A DNA stretch of 64,000 nucleotides from positions 11,904,001 to 11,968,000 of the forward strand of contig OZ116709.1 in assembly GCA_964199315.1 (NCBI GenBank), in the 5' to 3' direction. The position numbers and the translations under genes were made by a program. Under the pieces are notes generated by a model. It made no database searches, was not told where the DNA came from, and saw only the letters and a program-made list of their open reading frames with translations. This document shows positions 26,501-39,768 of the stretch, one piece after another. Each line of letters opens with the position of its first letter. The stretch's first letter is position 1. Source of the DNA: Orbicella franksi (taxonomy: Eukaryota).

Positions 26501-29500
26501 TCAAAATTTAAAAAATATTTTCCCATCTGGTTCAACTAATTCAGCCGATAAGCACATCATCAAAATTTCTGGACTCTAAAATATCTCACAAATGGCTAAT
26601 TGAACATTAATTTTTTGTACACAAAATGATGGTTTGTGCACACACCTGACATGTATACTGCAAATTAAACTTAATAGGAGGCATTGTGGCATCAAACTGG
26701 TTCTTCTTGACTAGCCCAAGCTGAACACTGTTTGAAGCCATTTTCTATGGAATACAGCACCAAAAGTTGCTGTAGGAATTGTATCACTGGTACATGTACT
26801 GTACTGACCCAAAATATGTCATAGACAAAGAGTCCTCCCAGAAGAATGCAGCCGGTTGTTACTGTGTTCAAGTGAAGAAGTTCAACTCCATTGAGAGAGA
26901 ATGCCAAACCAAATATGTTATTGGCAATCCAGTGCTAAAGGAGCAAAAAACAATACAACAGAATCAGTGTCACTTGATATTGTACAGTCAAATACCACAT
27001 GTATGCACTACAATCATGTCTGTGCATGCAAGGATAACTTTACTGAACTCTCGGTCACAGTACTGTAGGTAACTTGCAAAAAAAACATCATTGTCTTAAG
27101 TGTGTCTGCACATTTCATATACATTGTACAGTCTGCAGTTTATTTAAATTGATCCTTAGATTTAAAAATTGTTTGATTAGAGCAAGTCCCAACTTTTACT
27201 ACTGTAAGAAACTAAAAAAATATTACTACGCACCTTCTTCCATAAATACCACACTCCAAAAGCAGAAGAAATGGCAAGGCAAAGCAAGTCTATTCTATCA
27301 AACTCATAGTTTACAATTTCTAAAAAGAAAATCAAAAATCAAACTGAGTCATTTCAATTTGCTGTTTTACTAACTGGAGGAATTAGAATGTTTTTTTTTT
27401 TTATTTACCTGTGATGTAGATAAAGGGATTGTGTACATTACTACTTTACATTAATTAGTTCCTACATTTATCAGCCCCCTACTTTTAATGGTTATTTTTT
27501 CCTATTTGTTTTGGTGTACCCTGCACTAAATTGCTTATTAGTAACCATTATAATAATTACAAACCCATTGTTTCTGTTCGGTGGGTTAAGTAAACTCACT
27601 CCACCTTAGATGTACCTTACTTGTAAATATTCCACAACATAAAATTTGGTTACACTCATTTTCACCCAACCATGTAGAGTACAAAAATAATAATAATTTA
27701 GGAACTTTGAACCTTAAAGAAAAGGCAAATCTTAGCCAGTCATCCTGATGTGGCATAACTATTAACACAGGGTTCTCCTTGTCAGGCAGTAACCGGTAAA
27801 ATTTACCACTTGTAAGAGCACTTATTACCGCCTGCAAATGCTCAGAAGTCACAAAAAAATACGCATTTACCGTGAGCTAATCTGGTAAGATACATGTAGT
27901 AACTGAGATGAAAAAAGAAACAGTGCACTGTTATAGATCTATGTGTGCTTTATTTAGTTGACACTGACTGGTACCTTTCGAATTTCAAAGTAAGAGTGAT
28001 TTTCGCGGGCTTTCTACTAAACGTGACGATATTCGTCAGTTCTCTGCACATGCAAATGTTGTCACGAAGTCACAAAGAGTAGCAGGTAAGCTTTACAATC
28101 ATTTTAGGGTTAAACAAAACAAAGCTTACACACTAGCGATGAAAAACCAGCCGATTGCTAGAAATAACTGCCTTGACAGCTCTACATTTGCCGGCTTTAT
28201 AGCGAATGTGTGGGGACGTGAAATTCTACATGAAATGTATTCCAGACAATGGTTTGAAAGACGCCTTTGACAGCGTGAAAGTTCTGAATTTGAGACGATT
28301 AGAACACGAATTCAACAATTTGAAGTAATGCGATTCGTAGCAATGTGATTCGTAGCGGATACAGTAGCCTAGCGGATTTTCCAGTGATATGCCAAGTAAG
28401 TGACGCCAAAGATATCACACGAACCATTTTAAGTTATAAGCAGTTTGGAAAGGGCATAGTCAGAATAAAATGCTTTTAAACAAAATTTTACTTTGTTTTA
28501 TTCAACCTCTGAACCTAAAGGTGTATCGTTCACATTATGAATTTTTCGATGGAGAACTTTTGATAGGCGCAATGTACTGTATGTTTTAAGAAATGACAGA
28601 TTAGAGAATGACCAGTCGCCTGAAGCTGCAAATGCCCCTTTGCAATCAACAGAAGAGCGAGTAATAACTGAACCACCCTTGACGGATAAATCAGTAGAAA
28701 CGTCTGAGTCAGTTAGCGCATCACCTCCGGAATATGACAACAAATTACCACCCAAAGAGACCACACCGCCAAAATGCCATTGGAAGCAGTATCAGAAGTA
28801 AAAACATTTAAACAGTCTGGTATTTCAGAAAAGCAGCATTTATGCATTCTGGAAGACGCTTTTGGTAGTAGCCAACCCCATGGTTTACACCTTCATATAC
28901 TATGTGCAAAAAACAGCTGAAGTCGCTATCTTCCAATGAAATGAGCAGGCAGTTACCATCAAAGCCCCATGTTTTCAAGCATGACTGGATCATTTATGAC
29001 ATTGTATTCTGCTGTTAAAGTATTGTATGGTGGCTGGCATTTAAAGAGGGCGACGGAATGTTTTGTTGTCTTTGTAAAAAAAGCATATTAATTAAAACAC
29101 ACAAAAATGTGAAATATGCTACTGCGCCTGGTACACATTACAGGAAGGCCGCAATATCACAGCATGGCAATTCAGAAGAACACAAGCAGTCAGTACGGCT
29201 ACAATGTAGAGAAAAAACTTGATTGTGTGAAGATTATTTTTATACTTAGAGGGACAGCGCTGACGTTAGCTCAACCAACGTGGTGCATAAGTTCAAATTG
29301 TCGCTTATCCTTTGCAGAATGTCCAGCATTAACCAAATGCTTTACCAGTTTGAAAAGGTCCCTTACCTGTTGTGCTGAAAGCTAGGGAGAACCCTGTTAA
29401 TAGTATACTTATCCAATGAATATGGCAGTGTATCAGAATTACCTGATTTCTTGTCACCTTTTCCCTCTGTTAGATCAAGAGTATAGTTCTTGTTTGGAAA

Positions 29501-32500
29501 TGCTGCTGGCAGCAAAAGTTCAACATTTGGTCTGAAAAGGGTGCAAGGATAATATATATTATAAATATATTTTTTAAGACCTTAATAATTTATCCAGACG
29601 TAGTTAATAGAGGGGGGGGGGGGGGTGGTTATGAAACCTGACAAAGTTTTTTGTTGTATGTTTTTGTTTGCTTTTTTGGCCATGACCGTGCACAAAACAT
29701 AATAGCTGTTTACTCTATATACTGAGGAACTAACCAATAGAAATGTGTTGGTTATGTAATTCATGCAGAGTGTATGAATGGAAAACAAAAGATTGTGCAT
29801 GGTTGTGGACCTTCCAACATAAATCTTGGCATCTTTGTTTGCTCCTTTGATGTTTGCCAGGCTTCATAACTAGTCCCCTCTATTAACTATGATCCAAAGT
29901 ATAAGAAAGAGAAATTGGCATTATTTCTAACCCCAATGTTCTTATTAACACCTCTCTTTATGGGATTTGGCTTCTGCATTGATTAAATGTACAGTCTAAA
30001 AAAATATATCTGGTGGAAAACTCTAAGACCATTTGTTTAAATATGAGGTATGTACATGTACTGTAAGTTTTCTCTTATTCTCTTTTATGTCATCCACATT
30101 AATTAAAACATGTTTGATGACCTTGTTAGCAGACATTTGTTAATATTGATCAGTTACCTGAGCAGATGTGTGACAGCCAACACACCAAGACCAAAGAAAT
30201 ACACTGTAAGAAGCAAGTTAATGTATTCCTTGCTGAACAGCTAAAATGGTAGTGGAGGAAATAAAAACAGAATAATTTATAAAAATATATATAAGTATAC
30301 ATGATGGTATTTACTACAAAATCTACTGGATCAAAAACCTAATTTTCACTGCTACAAAATGTACATGTAGGCATCTTAGTGACTCTGAAACTAAAAGAAA
30401 TTTACATGTAAAAAACAACTAGATCAAAAACCCAATTTTTATTGCAACAATTGCAGGCATTTTAGAGCTTCTAACAACTAAAACATTTTCTTTACTTTTC
30501 ACTTCTAGTGCCATTAAATTACATATATATATACAGTAAAGTCATAATGAGAAACTCTTTTCAAATGGTATCATCAACTTTACTGTAGTTGTTACACATT
30601 TTAACCAAGTCTGGTCAAAAAAGTTCTATAATTAAATTACCTCAGCAACCAAACAAAAGCAAAGGAATGTGTCATTTTGATACCCAAGGTAAATGTTAAA
30701 CCACTCTTATCAAATTATTATAATAGCATGCTTAATTGTTTTTTCTAGAGCTACATGTTCAAAGAAGAAAAATTATGTTCATCAATTTTTGCCTTGACTA
30801 TACTGGGTTTATAATCTGTGGTATAATCAATGCAGCCATAGAAAAGTATTATTTTTAACAGTTTCTTGCGGGTTAATTATCAAGTTGTCAAGTTTTTACC
30901 AAGTCAAAGATCTTGTATAGTCTTGAGGGTTGAGGAATAAATGTCTCAAGAAGAGTGTCCTTAATTTCTTATTTTTGTCATCTAAACCATCATTCTTTTA
31001 TACTCAAAAGTGTGGATTTTTTTTTGTTTTTTCAAATCAAACATCAGGAGTCTCTTGAACAGGGAAGGAAACCAGCATGTGAATTGCCCTGGACATCAGT
31101 TTACTCTGACTAAAACTGGTTAACATGGGATCTTGGAATCTTGGAATCTTGGAATCTTATCATAGAATCTTGGTAGTAGCTATCCTTTCTGCTTCACAGA
31201 GTTGTTTAATCTGCACTAAGTACACAAAGACTCACCTTGAAAAAGATATAAAGACCCAGAAGGGTACAACTGGCAATGATGGGAAACATGGCAGCATCTT
31301 TTGATGTCATGCTTTCGGGCTGTTCACCAGACTTCTGCAAAGACATACATGTAGGTACATATAGATTATTTTGCAAATTTAAATAACCGTAATGTGACAG
31401 TCAACATGTAAAAGGAATAAAATATCTACATAAATTGATCACTCCATGTACAAAATGTACATTACTGGGTGAGGAGGTTGAAAAAGTGCCACTAAAAGAG
31501 ACCCTATATTGTCAAAAGAGACTGTACATTTGTCAGTCGATTCCATGAGCACTCATCCCGCTTGGGGCATTATCCCAGGCATTTGGTTCAAGGTTGGCAC
31601 CAGTGGTGGTAAATTTGAACCAAAGTGAGGTCCACCTACTCAGGTACTTGATTATTGACAAAAGGTTTGTTAGTAGATATTATAGATGTTAGGAAAAGGG
31701 TCTCTGACAGAGGTTTCATTAAGTGCACTAGGCAAATTGACCAACTGTGAGGATGATTTTGCCCACCTGGTTTGACTATCTGGAGGACCATTTTTCTTAT
31801 CAAGAAGTTCAGTTCAAAAAGTTTTCCCTGCCTGTGAAAACAAGTTTCCCTGTTGCTGAAAACATTCATGAAACCCCTGCACTGATCAGTTGCCAGCTGT
31901 TGGTGAGTGACCATAAGCTTATGGATTCCATAATTCACAGATGTTCTGACAAGGGCCACCTCTCTTATCATTCCCTGATTCACTCTCTGTTTTGTAAGAT
32001 TATCATTTTCTGCCTTGGTAGAAACACACATTAGGTGAGGAGCTGCTTGCTCCCATAAAAGAACATTTCAAACATGTTATCAAGATATTACTGCCAATAG
32101 TAGCAAGGAATTTGGTCAGACGTTTTCAGTAAAGTCAAATATCCAGGGATGTGTCTGGAGGAAGTGGGATACAAATGCTCTTCGAATTGATTGATATGTT
32201 ACAGAAAATGCAGGAGTTTGAGAAGCTGGCTATAAATTTCTGTCACAGTTTTGCCCAGGGAGCAAGAAAATGCTGAACAACTGGGAGGTTAAAAAAATGA
32301 GGATTTGAAAATTCGGGATACCAATGTTCACAAGTTGGTGAGAATTCCTGGTGTGATTCTAGTCTATTGTAAGCTTCATGTATCGAGGTACATTGACAGG
32401 TTGCTGCCGATGATTTGCCACTAGCTACAGACTGTATATATGGCTAATGTAAGTGACAGCACAATTAGGGTACATGTACAGTGGCTCAGTGTCCAAGAAC

Positions 32501-33230
32501 ATCACCATATCACAGGTCTGCCTAAAGCCATGACTACTGGGAGTGATGTCATAACCATTACATCGCCATGCCTTCCACTAGGCATACAATAATTGGTAAA
32601 CTAACAAATTATACTACAATAAAAAATTATACAAGTTAAGCTTAATAACTCAGAGCAATTGAATCACCACAGTTTGTTGAAAGTAAAAAGCGAAAATGTT
32701 TGTTTATGACCAACTGTTGTGATTTACTACGATTGGGGAATATTTGAAACGACATTTAGCTATGAATCTGCTACTGGTGATTAGCGGAAATCGATTAGCG
32801 TGTTCCTTTCACCCACGCGAGAGACTGAAAAAAACACTTTAGAAACTAGCCTTACAACTCAATGTACACGTCTACGAAACTAAAGCACTTCTGGTTTAAA
32901 CTGAAGTAAACTGCCAGAATTCTGGTTAGTCACTTTGTAACAAACGACTTCTCTAAGAATATATTAGGAAGTAAATCTACAAAACAACAACTCAACAAAT
33001 GCCAGAGAAGTAAAAACAAATTGTGATCAACGAACCTTCTGTTCAATGAGATACTTGACTGAGCGAAAAGAACCAAAAAATATTGGTAAAAGGGCCATCA
33101 AAACCAAACTAGAATACGCCACAAACATTCCTTCCGGCGTTGCCGCGGCTCTTCCAGTGGCATTCTTGGCCGTTTCGTTTACTGCCGCCGAAAGATTCGC
33201 CACAGTTTCATTCACGAGTGATTCCGCCAT
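23540..33230 (-). CDS. HM13: Signal peptide peptidase (minor histocompatibility antigen H13), GxGD intramembrane aspartyl protease; 11 coding exons, 382 aa
   Basis: Exons (-): 33036-33230, 31236-31334, 30158-30240, 29443-29531, 27234-27319, 26809-26934, 26167-26224, 25568-25651, 24925-24961, 24221-24415, 23540-23636. All introns are GT-AG with consistent phases; total 1149 nt. Catalytic YD (FVYDIFW), GLGD (LGLGDIVIPG) and QPALLYLVP motifs are present, and the C-terminus ends in KKSQ, a KKxx ER-retrieval signal. Confidence 0.97.
27768..29396 (+). mobile_element. Internally deleted hAT element retaining a ZNF862-like N-terminal TTF zinc finger, in HM13 intron 4
   Basis: TIR CAGGGTTCTCC at 27768 and GGAGAACCCTG ending at 29396. 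The frameshifted + strand relic at about 28590-29220 reads FKHDW...WWLAFKEGDGMFCCLCKK...HYRKAAISQHGNSEEHKQSV, a TTF-type zinc finger. No clean 8-bp TSD. Confidence 0.72.
31640..32250 (+). pseudogene. Degraded coding relic, probably transposon-derived, in HM13 intron 1
   Basis: Protein-like segments (YLEDHFSYQEVQFKK...; EELLAPIKEHFKHVIKILLPIVARNL) interrupted by stops and frameshifts. Family not identified. Confidence 0.3.
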
Positions 33231-34091
33231 CTTGACTCTTAGATGTTCTTTTGTTCGAGGAAGAGGCCGGTAGTCCCAGAGGTCTTTGCTGGCCTGGACC
33301 CGCCGGCTGTTTCCTTTCCAATGGCCGAAATACACGTTGCTTTTCCGCGAGCACAACTTTCACCTGCTTACTTTTTCCTCATTATATATTCGAGGACAGT
33401 CCTCCATTCTTTTGCGTGGGATGTTTTCTTTTGCCATTTTTCAAAAAAAAAAATTTAAGGCTTTAGTCCTCCAGTAGAACTTTCTTCTGTCGGTTTTTAA
33501 TTACATTCCCATTGTGAAGGTGGGGTGGGGTGAGGGGCGAGGGGGCAACCTAGTAATGCCATTATACCCATGATGTGAAAAAGCAAAGCCATTAATATAA
33601 CACAGCTATTTTTAACCTTAGCAATACTTCCATATCAAATAAAATTTTCTTAAAGATCTTTCTTATTCTAAGCCTCTCTGATCGTTGGTATATCCTTTCC
33701 ATTTGCTCTGAACTGATAATAATTATACTTTATTCATTATTGAAAAAAAAGTAGTATATGAAAAGAAGGACAAGACACTGCCAGAGGGTTGACCCTATAG
33801 AAAGTTTCCGTATCTAAGAAAATACACAGCAAAAATAAACGTAACAATATTTTACATGCAAGAAAGTAACAGAATTTGGAATAAACTGTTTTAGTTATAC
33901 TCGTTTACGTGGACTGAAGCAGCAGTAAAGGTATTAAAGTTAGTGAATATTCATCGACTTGAAAGATTTTGATTAAATCTATTATATTGTTATTAATATC
34001 ATGTCTAAGTAGGTGGTCTGGTAAATAAGTCTTCTTCTTACGGAGAAGGAATGCTTTAGGCTCTTGCTGATTTCGTTTGGATCATATCATG

Positions 34092-37000
34092 TGGACACCG
34101 CGGATATACGTTTTTTGGGGCGCGATACAGTATTTTGCTGGTCAGCGGTACACCCTAACAAAACTACAAAATGCCTGCAACTTTTACATTGTTTTCGCAG
34201 CGAGTCTTATCGACAGTCAAAAAGATACAAAACTTAGAGCGCACACTGTAAACTTAGCTTTTAAACTCCGCTCATTTGTTGGATAGTTCTCAGTTAATAT
34301 TATATATTGTGCCAAAGCCAAACTGAACTTGCACACGGTGTGAAATTGTTGTTGTTTCGTGAGAGTTCATGCTCGCAAGCTTCGAGCCAGTGGCAATTTA
34401 CGTTACGATGTGCGCTAAGGCTAAAACTAAGCAGCTTTTGTGTTGCTGTAGCGGTGTTCTGAGGACATCAACTTCTCAAGTTTGTTGAATTGATGGGCTT
34501 GAACCGTGTGAATTGGTATGTCAACGGCATTTCGATCAAATTCGTCGGGAAGACAAGCTCGTGTTCGTCCACTTGTTCGATTGGGGGCACTCGCGTAAGT
34601 AAACACGGTCATCCTGTCTCCACGCGGTATCACCGAATTATGGACCAAGTTGGCCGAAATTGAAGCAGTGCTTCGTATAAATCTTGGACACGTTGGTGTA
34701 ACAAGTGTAGGACTGAATCCCTAAAAGGGTTCAAAATCTGGTCTCAACTCGGGGAAGAATTCACCGAGGTATGTTTTATCATAAAATATCCAATTTTAAT
34801 TATACTGTACTTCAGTAAGCTTTAGGCTGGCGAAAATAAAATTTTAAATTTTCATGTTTATTATTGTTTCTTTGTTTCTTGTCATAATTTCGAATTGTTG
34901 CAGTTCTGTATTTTGCTTTTAGCGCCTCTAAAGTGTGAAAAATATTTTAAACTAGTTGCATAGCTATTAGAGTTTAGAAAAAAAGCTATTTAGCTATTAG
35001 AAAAAACCACAAGAAGTACATGACATCTGATTATCTTAAGATGGCAGAAGACATGGAATACAAAGCTGTTAAAAGGGTAATTAGAAATACATGCATATGT
35101 TATTGCAAGACAATAAAAATACCATAAAATCTGGGTAATAACAACTTCCAATTAAAACTCAATAAATGAATTTCATTTTAAGTTATAAATAGGCTATCCC
35201 CCCTGTATTCACACAACAATCTTCTGATTGTAAGGCCACCCAGATAATTTCTGACCACATTACCTTAGAGCCTGAGACTCTGTATAACTTTCTAAGATTA
35301 ATATTTGTTTACATATTACTATTATCTGGATTTCCCAATAGAAAACTTCTTCTATTGTACATTTTTTTCTATTTTGGCTCAGCAAAAATCCTTTTAGATA
35401 CTGTCCATGGATGATTTCCACAACATCAATGCTGTAAAAACACCAACTGAGAGAACAGTGACCAATGCTCTCCATATGGCAACTCCTCTCCTGAACATTC
35501 AGGCATCTGTTGATGGTGGGGAGAGGCAGGGGGCAGGAGCCCGGGAGAATATGGGGCAGGAGCCCAGGAGAATAGGGGGCAGGAGGAATCCAGGGAGAAA
35601 TGCAAAATGCTAATTTTTGTCATTCATTAAGGCTTCAAATACTTTCAAAAACAAGAACTGAAAATGTTACTTGACTTTCATTTAGTGTCTTTAGAGACTT
35701 CTAGGCTGACGGGCAAAGAAAACTTCACCCTTGGGCTCAAAATGAGGCCCAAAATGAAACCCTTTGACAGTGGTTACGTCATAGGTCATTCACTTGAAAG
35801 ACATGGGTAAGAGTAGCAAGGCTGAAAACGAAGGAAAAGGAAATGCCCAAGGGGTGTGCAGCTAAATGACTAAGATGTGTTTTGAGTCTCTTAATTTACA
35901 GGGGACAGGAGCAGGACGAACAAGGGTGGGAGTCAAGAGATAGAGGTATGGGAAGTGGGAGAACAGGGTATGGGAAATGGGAGGTTCTGACTCCGCTGTC
36001 TCTTCCCCCACTTGATGCAGTACCTTGTCCTTAGGTAAAAGGTAAAGTCTGCATAGAGCCAAGTGGCCCATCAGGCCAGGCTTATCTCGGGTTCTGTAGC
36101 ATGAACCGACTAGGAGTATTTCTACTACCCCCTGCCGGATAGGATGCTAGGCGATCACAGGGTTACCCCCAGCATTATATTCACCAGTACCCATATGTAC
36201 ACCTTTGTGGAGAAGAGGCACCATGAGAGTAAAAGTGTCTTGCCCAAAAACACAACACAATGTCCTTGACAAGGGCTCAAACATGGACCGCTCGATCCAT
36301 TGCTGAGCGCACTAACCACAAGGCCACCGCACCTCCCACCTTGTCCCTTAGGCCTAACCTTAACCCTAAACCTAAAAAAAGGAGTCTGTAGATTTCAGTC
36401 AAGTTTATCTCTTTTATCACTTGTGTATTTGAGGCAATTTCTAATTTCCTCACTTTCTGCCATTCAGTTTACAGTACCAAATCCTGATTTTAAGTGATTC
36501 GCAACTACTGACGGAACTTGTTTTTGCAACTTACAACTTCAGACTTTGCACAAAATTTCTCACTGGAGAAAAGCAATGTTGTAGAACTTAAGTGATGAAC
36601 TAAATGCAATAAATATTAATTTGTAAGAAATGTATCTGTTCTTTGATACATGCTTTTGTGTCTAGTATCTGAGTTGGATGTAGCGAAGATATATTACTAA
36701 TGGTTTGTAGACAACAGTAAGCCAATTCAAAGACACAGTGGCATAAACAAACCCACTTGTTAGCCAAATATCAGGAAAAAAAATAAATACATATAATTAT
36801 ATAATTTATTGCCATCAGGTGCTATAATGTCTTGTAATAAAGTGGTTACAAGTTAAGTAAGAATCTTACAGAAGGGAGGATGATACAATATTATGACTAA
36901 GGGGATCATAATTAATTTCATATTGATTCAAAGCACGTCATATGTACATGTCTGATTCATTAAGCACATACAATGTAAAAATTATTTTGCAGTGATTGAG

Positions 37001-38139
37001 CAAAGCTCATCTGAATTAAATTAACTGAAAGGAAAAACAACAACAGTCAATTATTTATATCAGTTGATACACTGCACATGTAAAATAGAGAAATAGAAAT
37101 CGAAAAGCTTCAAATGACTGAGTAAACAAAATAAACTAGTGGGTTTCATTGAAGAGTTGATTACTGCCTCTCTGAAATGTTGAATGTCTTTTCAGCATCA
37201 AAAGATGTGAAACTTGACCACATCCCATAAGTGGAAGCGGTTTCGTGTAAACAAATTCAGGTGTTTGGGCATTTTAAAATATTTAGTTACCTGTGCATAC
37301 ATGTACAAGGAAACGGTCTTAAAAATTTCCATGTACTATCAACATGTAATCGATGTAAACAAAAAAGACCGCAAGCGAGGAAAAATTGTCTATGAACCGA
37401 ACATATTGAGCGGTCTTGAATGTTTTCAGTATTTCCAGCGTTCGCTGCGGCCAACAAATCACAATATTTTCGATTTCTGCTCCCTTCGCAAACGCCACCA
37501 TTATATATAAATGTAGGCTTAAACAATCTTTAATCATAGAGAAATATCTTGTGAATGAAATGAACAAATGTTTTATTCTGACAGCAAACGGCAGGTACAA
37601 AAAAATTATTTCACCTGTTACAAAAGGCGCAGAAAGTCAGAAAGGTGATAGAAACGCCAAACAAGCCAGTCTTTAAAGACAAATTCTTATCAAAGTTTCT
37701 TTGACGCGTTGCGAAATATAATCTAACTGAACAAGCACCACATGTCGGCGCAAAGTGAGTGTGAATAAAACGGTCCCCACTTACATGTACCTTAACCACT
37801 TCATGCAAATTACACTTTTAATCCAACTTGTCTTCAAAATTCTTGCAAAAGCTTCATACAGGACCAATCTTCTACTTTGCTGGATACTCATCGTTGTTTT
37901 CGACAATTCTGAGGCGAGGGCGACTGAAGCAACACGATGCAGGCTCGAGTCAGCAAACTACACATTACTCCACACAAAATGACTCCCCTGTACCCCTATT
38001 CATTACCGGAACATTGTTTGAGTATTAAAAACCCATTTAAGGACGTCAAACTCACCAATAACGAGAAGTATCAAGGATATTTTCGACCTTAAAACTAACC
38101 AAAATACTGATCTCGGAGAACTGATCGATCGAAGGACAG

Positions 38140-38173
<34 letters not shown>

Positions 38174-38207
38174 GGTGACGTCAAAAAACGTATTTCCGCG
38201 GTGTCTA
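34092..38207 (+). mobile_element. Decayed Academ-like DNA transposon with spliced transposase pseudogene
   Basis: TIRs: TGGACACCGCGGATATACGTTTTTTG at 34092 versus the reverse complement of the right end, TAGACACCGCGGAAATACGTTTTTTG, ending at 38207 (24/26 match). Internal + strand relics: a Cys/His-rich segment (VCQRHFDQIRR...WCNKCR, about 34510-34720) with a GTATGT donor at 34769; exon 35398 ILSMDDFHNINAVKTPTERTVTNALHMAT; and 37420 MFSVFPAFAAANKSQY. Stops and frameshifts are present. The superfamily call rests on the TAG..CTA termini and recalled motifs. Confidence 0.6.
36033..36337 (-). mobile_element. tRNA-derived SINE, near full length, inserted in the Academ relic
   Basis: On the - strand: GGGAGGTGCGGTGGCCTTGTGGTTAG (A box), GTTTGAGCC (B-box-like), central GGGCAAGACACTTTTACTCTCA block, and a short tandem tail. 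A fragment of the same family lies at about 25281-25450. Confidence 0.8.
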
Positions 38208-38215
38208 TTTAACAA

Positions 38216-38812
38216 TTAGTATATTCTCAGCTCCGACTATTGCATTTCTAGCTCTCTGATTGGCTCAAAAACTCCGACTATGAGCCATTAGTCGGAGTTT
38301 TACCTTATATGGAAAACAGTGCGCCAAGTTTAAAAATTTTCCGCTCTGTAAAATTGTTGAAATAAAAATCGGCGGCAAAAACCCGATTAAGAATATACTA
38401 AAACAATTATTCCATTCGACCTTGTTGGATATGAAGTGATCATAACCAACTCGCGCTACGCGCTCGTTGGTTATTTATCACTTCATATCCAACGCGGTTT
38501 CATGGAATAATTGTTAATTATTCCATGAAACCGCGTTGGATATGAAGTGATAAATAACCAACGAGCGCGTAGCGCGAGTTGGTTATGATCACTTCATATC
38601 CAACAAGGTCGAATGGAATAATTGTTTTAGTATATTCTTAATCGGGTTTTTGCCGCCGATTTTTATTTCAACAATTTTACAGAGCGGAAAATTTTTAAAC
38701 TTGGCGCACTGTTTTCCATATAAGGTAAAACTCCGACTAATGGCTCATAGTCGGAGTTTTTGAGCCAATCAGAGAGCTAGAAATGCAATAGTCGGAGCTG
38801 AGAATATACTAA
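38216..38812. repeat. Perfect inverted repeat: two 297-bp arms with a 3-nt spacer (head-to-head doublet of a hairpin element)
   Basis: 38216-38512 is the exact reverse complement of 38516-38812, checked base by base; the spacer is GTT at 38513-38515. Confidence 0.97.
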
Positions 38813-39328
38813 CATGTGTTAGCTGTAGAATTTACAATACCCAAGGTTGTCATTTAAGGTCGGGCCTGGCCTGCAAATTAAACAGGAACCCGGCAAGGAC
38901 GGAAAAAAATATTTCGGGGAGCAAAGCAAGCGGACGAGCGCGAAACTGTTTCGCAGGCTAGGCCAAGCCATTCACACAAATACCATGTCTTATACCATTC
39001 CACTACGAACAAGTAAACTCTCATCAATTTTTACGTTTGTTCCAGTTTTTTTTTTTTTTTTTTTTTTTTTTGAACAATTTTGTCAATTTACATGGTTCTT
39101 TCCCTGGCAACTCGCGTTATTGCTGCTTGACCGGGAGAAATTTTTTAAATGCTCCACGTTGTGCTTCGCACTTCAAAACTGGAATGGCATTTATTTGGAG
39201 ATGATTAACTAAACCAGATATTAAAGTAAGTGAAAAATCAACATGAACATAAACATAATAGCATATATAGATAAAGCCAAATTAACCTCCGCAGCTTGGA
39301 AGGCTGATTGTTTCGAGGGTTAATCAGA

Positions 39329-39768
39329 AGGGGCCGTGGTGAATGGTAAATGCGAGACTTTGCGAGAAGGCGAGACTACCGGCATCACGAGACAATAGGC
39401 CATTTTCGAGTTGCCTTTTGCATCTGTTTCAAAACGATTCCTCGTCTAAAACCTTTCTTATAAAAACGAGTTTAATCTGCTTGAAAATGACTTGAAGATG
39501 AAACGCATTTTCATAACACTGGTCGCTCGTTTATTCGTTTTGACATATAGGCAAAGGGCAACTTGGAAATGGCCTATTTAACTTTTTAAATTGCGATACC
39601 GAGTCTTTAAAGTGTTTTTATTAAATGCCAGCATACTCGTGAAACCGAGGCAGCTTTGTGATAAAAATTGAGACTGCGAGACACGCAGAACCGTTACAAA
39701 AACGAGACTGCGAGACCCGACGAAAATTTTGCGAGAACCATAGTGTTTGAAGGACCATTCGCCACCCC
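39329..39768 (+). mobile_element. MITE family A copy with a nested second MITE
   Basis: The ends match family A, and the copy is interrupted by 39394-39578. Confidence 0.75.
39394..39578. mobile_element. AATAGGCC...GGCCTATT MITE (185 bp)
   Basis: TIR AATAGGCCATTTTCGAGTTGCC versus GGCAACTTGGAAATGGCCTATT. Confidence 0.8.

Noticed and set aside
34427-34648. 73-aa - strand ORF
   Set aside because: Shadow of the Cys/His-rich + strand transposon relic.
38003-38215. Apparent - strand first exon with a CRE (TGACGTCA) and GTGAGT donor
   Set aside because: It coincides with the right TIR and subterminal region of the Academ-like element; no downstream exons could be joined.
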